A stretch of 64,000 bases of DNA from assembly GCA_963699755.1 (NCBI GenBank), contig CAVOVB010000007.1:256001-320000 (forward strand), given 5' to 3'. The position numbers were made by a program, and so were the translations under genes. Shown in pieces: positions 59,710-64,000 of this stretch. This stretch comes from an uncultured delta proteobacterium (GTDB taxonomy: Bacteria > Myxococcota_A > Polyangia > Polyangiales > Houyiibacteriaceae). The notes under the pieces are model-generated. The model made no database searches. It saw only the letters and a program-made list of their open reading frames with translations, and was not told the origin of the DNA. Position 1 is the stretch's first letter. Each line of letters starts with the position of its first letter.

Positions 59710-61482
59710 ATGAGGCTGTGCCGATCGCAGCGCTGGGCTGCCCCCTTGCTGATGCTCGTTTCCGGGGCGCTGATGTCGGGTTGCTCGGGACGCAAGCAGG
59801 TTCCGTTCGGTCTGCGCGACGCAGGCCAGGACGCGAGCCAGGACGCGAACCCGGAGTCCAACGAGCTTTCGGCTGAAGTCGAAGAGGCAGCGCCCGAGCT
59901 GCTGGTCGGCACAACCTTCGCGCCGGACCAGGTCGAAGTTCAGGTCGCAGAGTCCACGCTGGTCTTACAAGTGGGCTACGCGCTGGCAGCCCTGCAATTG
60001 GATCTCGACGGGAGCGAACCGGTCGACGCCCTGGTCGTCTCCGCGGATTTGCAGGAAGTGCGGCTCCAAGCAGCCTACCCCCGCGGTCTCGAGGTCTCCT
60101 CTCGGCCGATCGACTCCTTCCTCGTGCCTGCTGATTGCCTCGAACCGACTGCAGGAATCCAAAAGCTCTCGGGTTCCCTGGTCGTGGTTCGCGTCGAGCA
60201 CAGCTGCGAGACAGGAAAGCGAACGAACCTCTGGCTCGTGACGATCGAAGCCCAACCCCGTGTCAGAGAACGGATCACCGTCTTGCCTCCTAATGAGCAA
60301 TCGAGCGCGACGATCGAGATCGAGCTCGCCGTCGAGGATCGCGATGCTGATGGCTACGACGATGTCGTCGCAAACCTTCATATCGGCGAGACAGACATCC
60401 CTTTGGCGTGGCTGAATAGGCCGGGTGGCTTCGCAAGAGACGTTTCCCAGCCAGAGGCAAGCCTCCAAGTGCTTGCCGACAGTGCCTGGCATGCCCTTCG
60501 ATCGGATCCAGCCAGCGCGAATAGGCGAGCGCTTGCGGTTCTCGACGCGTTCGTTGCAATGTGTCGCGAAAGCGGCGTCGCTCGAGTGGGGCTTTCCGGG
60601 ACGGAGGGCCTGCAGTGTCAGCACTCACCCGCAACCGCGCGGGCGGTTTCGGTCGCGATAGCCTCGGCGATTCGTCAGGGAAGCTTCGTTCGAGCCCTTG
60701 AGCTGCATCGCTGGTGGCAGAATCCGGCAATTCAGCCGAGCCCCGAAGAACAAGACCTGGTCCAAGCGGCATGGCGAAAAGCAAGGGCCAAATCCGTGGC
60801 GACTTGGCAGGCGATCGACAGCGAGGGCCCCCAAGCGTCGCTCTTCTTCCGAGACGACGACCACTTGGTGATCGACGGAAGAGCGCCCCGCGAAGTGCAA
60901 CTAAGCTCCGGGGCCAGGACGCGGCTCTCGGAAGCAGAGCTCGTCCCAGCCATTCGCGATCCAAGTGGACGATTCACCGTTCGGGGAGTGCGCGCAACCT
61001 GCGCGGGCTTCGAGGCAGAGCTCGGTCCCATTCGGAGCAAGCAGAGCCATCGAGTTTCCATCGACAAGCGCTCCGGCAAGACACCCTGCAGAGCTCCGAT
61101 CGATCGGCCGGCGACCGTATTCGAGTGGGCGGTGCTCGGCTGGGCGCCGCAAGGCTTGGTCGCGGCGTCGGGCGACTTGCTCCGGGTCGTCCCACTCAAC
61201 GAGCTCGCGAAACCGGCAGGCCGCCCGATCGACCTGAGCACCACGAGCCCCTTGCCTGCACCGATTCGCGGCGCCCGTGTCACCCCCGACGGTGCGCGCT
61301 ACGTTATCCCCCATGCCGAGGGCGTGGTCGTGCGCGACTGGCGCAAAGGCGGCTTGGGGCTCTGGCTGCGACCGGCGGACTGGGACGCGGTTCCAGGCGA
61401 GCTCAGGAGCATCGCCATTAGCCCTAGCGGTCGAAAGATCGCCCTACAGAAAGGCAATGACATCCGGCTTCTCAGCTGGTAG
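59710..61482 (+). CDS. Hypothetical lipoprotein with a C-terminal beta-propeller-like region
   Basis: MSGC lipobox, a DRDADGYDDV motif and C-terminal TPDG / ISPSGRKIAL blades. Confidence 0.7.
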   Translation: MRLCRSQRWAAPLLMLVSGALMSGCSGRKQVPFGLRDAGQDASQDANPESNELSAEVEEAAPELLVGTTFAPDQVEVQVAESTLVLQVGYALAALQLDLDGSEPVDALVVSADLQEVRLQAAYPRGLEVSSRPIDSFLVPADCLEPTAGIQKLSGSLVVVRVEHSCETGKRTNLWLVTIEAQPRVRERITVLPPNEQSSATIEIELAVEDRDADGYDDVVANLHIGETDIPLAWLNRPGGFARDVSQPEASLQVLADSAWHALRSDPASANRRALAVLDAFVAMCRESGVARVGLSGTEGLQCQHSPATARAVSVAIASAIRQGSFVRALELHRWWQNPAIQPSPEEQDLVQAAWRKARAKSVATWQAIDSEGPQASLFFRDDDHLVIDGRAPREVQLSSGARTRLSEAELVPAIRDPSGRFTVRGVRATCAGFEAELGPIRSKQSHRVSIDKRSGKTPCRAPIDRPATVFEWAVLGWAPQGLVAASGDLLRVVPLNELAKPAGRPIDLSTTSPLPAPIRGARVTPDGARYVIPHAEGVVVRDWRKGGLGLWLRPADWDAVPGELRSIAISPSGRKIALQKGNDIRLLSW

Positions 61483-61494
61483 CGAGCCACGACT

Positions 61495-62772
61495 GTGACG
61501 ACGGATCCGCGATGGTATAGTGCCGGCGCATTGCGCTGCAGCCCGCAACTACTGTTGGCACTAATCGTGCTTTGGACGGTCGCCGCCTGTAGCGGCGCTC
61601 GCTCGCGTCCTTCTACGCCCTGCATGTCGGACTCGGAGTGCCGTGCAGATCGCATCTGTCACGAGGGCAAGTGCCGATTCGTCGAGGAGGTGCTGGCCGA
61701 GCTCGCGTCGGCCCCGGTTGCGCCTGACGCTGTCGAGCCGGGCGCAACGCCTCGAAGCGCAAACGGATTCATGGGAGACGCGGCGCACACCGGGCGAAGC
61801 GAGCACCGCGGCCCGGCCGCGAGGCCCTCCCCCGCGTGGACCTATCAAACCGGTGCCCGAGTCTTTGCATCGCCGATCGTTGGAACCGACGGGACCGTCT
61901 ACGTGGGCTCATTAGACGGGCAATTCGTCGCCTTGAATCCGGACGGCTCGCTGAAGTGGAGGTACTCGGCTGGGCAGAAGATCTACCCGAGTGCGCTGGT
62001 CGCAGGCTCTTCGATCATCTTCGGAACGCACGAGCGAGAGCTGGTTTCGCTTTCGCTCCAAGGGCAACCCCGCTGGAAGCTTCCCCTTCAGGATGTGGTG
62101 GACGCATCTGCGACCCTCGGCCCCGACGGACGAATCTACCTCGTGGCCAATGGTGCTTACGCTGTCGATCTCCTCGGACGCCTGCACTGGCACAGACCGA
62201 CTGCCGACCACGTCCGGAGCGCTCCGGTGATCCACCCATCACGCCTGATCATCATCGGCACCATCGAAGGCTTGCTCCTGGCGCTTCGGCCAGATGGATC
62301 TCTCGCCTGGTCGGTACAGCTCGGCGGTGCCATCGAGGGCGCGTCATCGGTCGACGACGAGGGTCGCATCCACACGGGCACCGTCCGCGGGGAGATCGTC
62401 CAGGTCGATCAGGAGGGAAGCATTCGCTGGAGATTCAAGACGGGCGACGAGGTCCGGGCGACGCCAGCAATTGCACGAAATGGCACGATAGTGGTCGGCT
62501 CGTACGATGGCAATGTCTATGCCATAAGCCCCTCGGGCGCTCTCCGCTGGAAGGTCGCCACCGGAGGCCGAGTACGCGCCTCAGCCCGAATCGATGCGGA
62601 TGGTCGCATCTACGTGGGCTCCCAAGACAACTTCCTCTACTGCATCGACCCCAGCGGTTCTGTGCTCTGGCGATACAACGTCGGCCAGGATGTCGACTCG
62701 ACGGTGGACATTGGATCCGACGGCACACTGTACTTCGGATCCGACGACGGCGGGGTTCACGCCCTGCGATAG
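61495..62772 (+). CDS. PQQ-like beta-propeller repeat lipoprotein (BamB-like repeats) with an N-terminal Cys knot
   Basis: VAAC lipobox, CMSDSEC...C...C and repeated SP..DGT.YVGS.D..YA...DG.LKW. Start may be TTG 61531. Confidence 0.85.
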   Translation: MTTDPRWYSAGALRCSPQLLLALIVLWTVAACSGARSRPSTPCMSDSECRADRICHEGKCRFVEEVLAELASAPVAPDAVEPGATPRSANGFMGDAAHTGRSEHRGPAARPSPAWTYQTGARVFASPIVGTDGTVYVGSLDGQFVALNPDGSLKWRYSAGQKIYPSALVAGSSIIFGTHERELVSLSLQGQPRWKLPLQDVVDASATLGPDGRIYLVANGAYAVDLLGRLHWHRPTADHVRSAPVIHPSRLIIIGTIEGLLLALRPDGSLAWSVQLGGAIEGASSVDDEGRIHTGTVRGEIVQVDQEGSIRWRFKTGDEVRATPAIARNGTIVVGSYDGNVYAISPSGALRWKVATGGRVRASARIDADGRIYVGSQDNFLYCIDPSGSVLWRYNVGQDVDSTVDIGSDGTLYFGSDDGGVHALR

Positions 62773-62774
62773 AA

Positions 62775-64000
62775 ATGATGAACGAAGAAATTCCCGAGAG
62801 AAACGAGATTCTGCAAGTACTGCAGACACACAGCCCGCGCGCCATGCACGTGGGTGAGCTATGCGGACGGCTCGATATTCCGCGCAAGGCCAAGGACGAA
62901 GTCGTCCGGCGCCTGCTCTTGCTCGCCGACGAAAACCTCGTCACGGAATTGCCGGGTCTGCGGTTCCGCGCGCTCGCCGGTTCAAAGAATGAAAAACGTG
63001 GGCGCGAGCAGGCCAAGGGGAGTCGTGGCCGCGGTCACAAGGCCAGAGAGCGACAAGCGGTGGCCGTGACGGTCACCCCTCCGATCGAGGGCCGGCTGAC
63101 GATGACCCGGCAAGGCTACGGCTTCGTCAAAGTCTACGACGGCAGCGCCGACGTTTTCATCCCGCCCGATGCGGTGGGCCCTGCACTGCACGGCGACACC
63201 GTTCAGCTCCGGGCGAAACCATCGACGAAGGGGCGCGATGGGCACATCGTCGGGATCGTCGAGCGGCGGCCGAAAGAGGTGACTGGAACGTTGCACCCGC
63301 GCGGCCGCGGGATGAGCTTCGAGCCCGATGACGACCGACTACCATCACCGATGCGGGTCGTCGGAAGGGTTCCGAAATCCGTCAAGAAGGGCGACGTGAT
63401 TCTCGCAGAGATCGTTACCTTCCCCCAGCGGAGAGAAGATAGGCCCGAGATTCGGATCCTGGAGGTGCTGGGCGCACAGGGCGTTGCACGAATCGAGGTC
63501 GAGAAGATCAAGATCCGTGATGGCATCCGAGAAGCGTTTCCCGAGGACGTCGAGTTGGAAGCCGCCGCACTGCCCGCACGCGTGGATCGCGATGTCGCGC
63601 GCGATCGTGAAGACCTACGAGACGTCGACTTGGTGACGATCGATCCCGAAACCGCGCGAGACCACGACGACGCAATTTGGGTTGAGCGCAAGGGCAAGGG
63701 TTTTCGTCTCATTGTCGCAATCGCGGACGTGTCTCACTACGTCACCGAAGGCAGCGCGATGGATCGCGAAGCGATCAGCCGCGGCACCAGCGTCTACCTC
63801 CCAGACCGTGCGATCCCAATGCTGCCACCGGAGCTTTCGACCAACCTCGCGTCGCTCGTGCCGAACCGCGACCGACTATGCATGGCGGTCGAGATGCAGA
63901 TCGACGACAAGGGGCACGTGTCCTCGCACCGGATCTTCGAAGCCGTGATGCGGTCGCACGGCAAGCTCTACTACGAAGGCGTGGCACGCGCCCTGGGGCT
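62775..64000 (+). CDS. rnr: Ribonuclease R, 3' end outside the window
   Basis: Not in the ORF track because it has no stop. Manual translation gives MMNEEIPERNEIL..., GYGFV...DVFIPP...ALHGDTV, VTIDPETARDHDDA, IADVSHYV and RGTSVYLPDRAIPMLP. Confidence 0.93.
   Translation, partial: MMNEEIPERNEILQVLQTHSPRAMHVGELCGRLDIPRKAKDEVVRRLLLLADENLVTELPGLRFRALAGSKNEKRGREQAKGSRGRGHKARERQAVAVTVTPPIEGRLTMTRQGYGFVKVYDGSADVFIPPDAVGPALHGDTVQLRAKPSTKGRDGHIVGIVERRPKEVTGTLHPRGRGMSFEPDDDRLPSPMRVVGRVPKSVKKGDVILAEIVTFPQRREDRPEIRILEVLGAQGVARIEVEKIKIRDGIREAFPEDVELEAAALPARVDRDVARDREDLRDVDLVTIDPETARDHDDAIWVERKGKGFRLIVAIADVSHYVTEGSAMDREAISRGTSVYLPDRAIPMLPPELSTNLASLVPNRDRLCMAVEMQIDDKGHVSSHRIFEAVMRSHGKLYYEGVARALG

Noticed and set aside
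59825..59848. 12-bp direct repeat GCCAGGACGCGA x2
   Set aside because: Only two copies, in frame (QDA) in a lipoprotein linker.

Overview
This is a GC-rich bacterial window that is almost entirely coding, with about 54 CDS. It probably comes from Myxococcota/Polyangiales; this is an inference from Cys-rich lipoproteins with Gly/Ser/Thr linkers, a Hanks-type kinase and sigma-54 signalling. I could not support any rRNA, tRNA, CRISPR array or mobile element. Layout: (1) <1-7469, a glycogen operon ending in a GT3 glycogen synthase-phosphorylase fusion. (2) 7.5-17.2 kb, the most interesting part: an apparently self-contained oxygen-sensing island. It holds a protoglobin histidine kinase, an NtrC-family activator, four sigma-54 (-24/-12) promoters and a recurring CGCA-N5-TGCG enhancer in pairs 29-30 bp apart. 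Its targets (WS/DGAT, two USPs, two CBS proteins, an Rv2004c-like kinase/ATPase and a baeRF/host-attachment protein) resemble the mycobacterial DosR dormancy regulon. (3) 17-27 kb, hydrolases, a reductase, a large FG-GAP lipoprotein and an aldehyde dehydrogenase, with a perfect AT-rich 22-bp palindrome between the last two. (4) sahR-ahcY, M50 protease, nth, YbhB, GT4 and an 18-bp VNTR lipoprotein. (5) A pgi relic collapsed to 100 codons but still coupled to a ROK/polyphosphate glucokinase, then hppA, fabD and bolA-grxD-kinase. (6) DUF58-transglutaminase-MoxR-TPR and a Gld-like ABC operon. (7) A stand-alone sucA, hsp20 with a candidate RNA thermometer, a pseudo-rhomboid, lipoproteins and a partial rnr. 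Many operon-leading genes look leaderless. All product calls come from motif recognition; no database searches were run.
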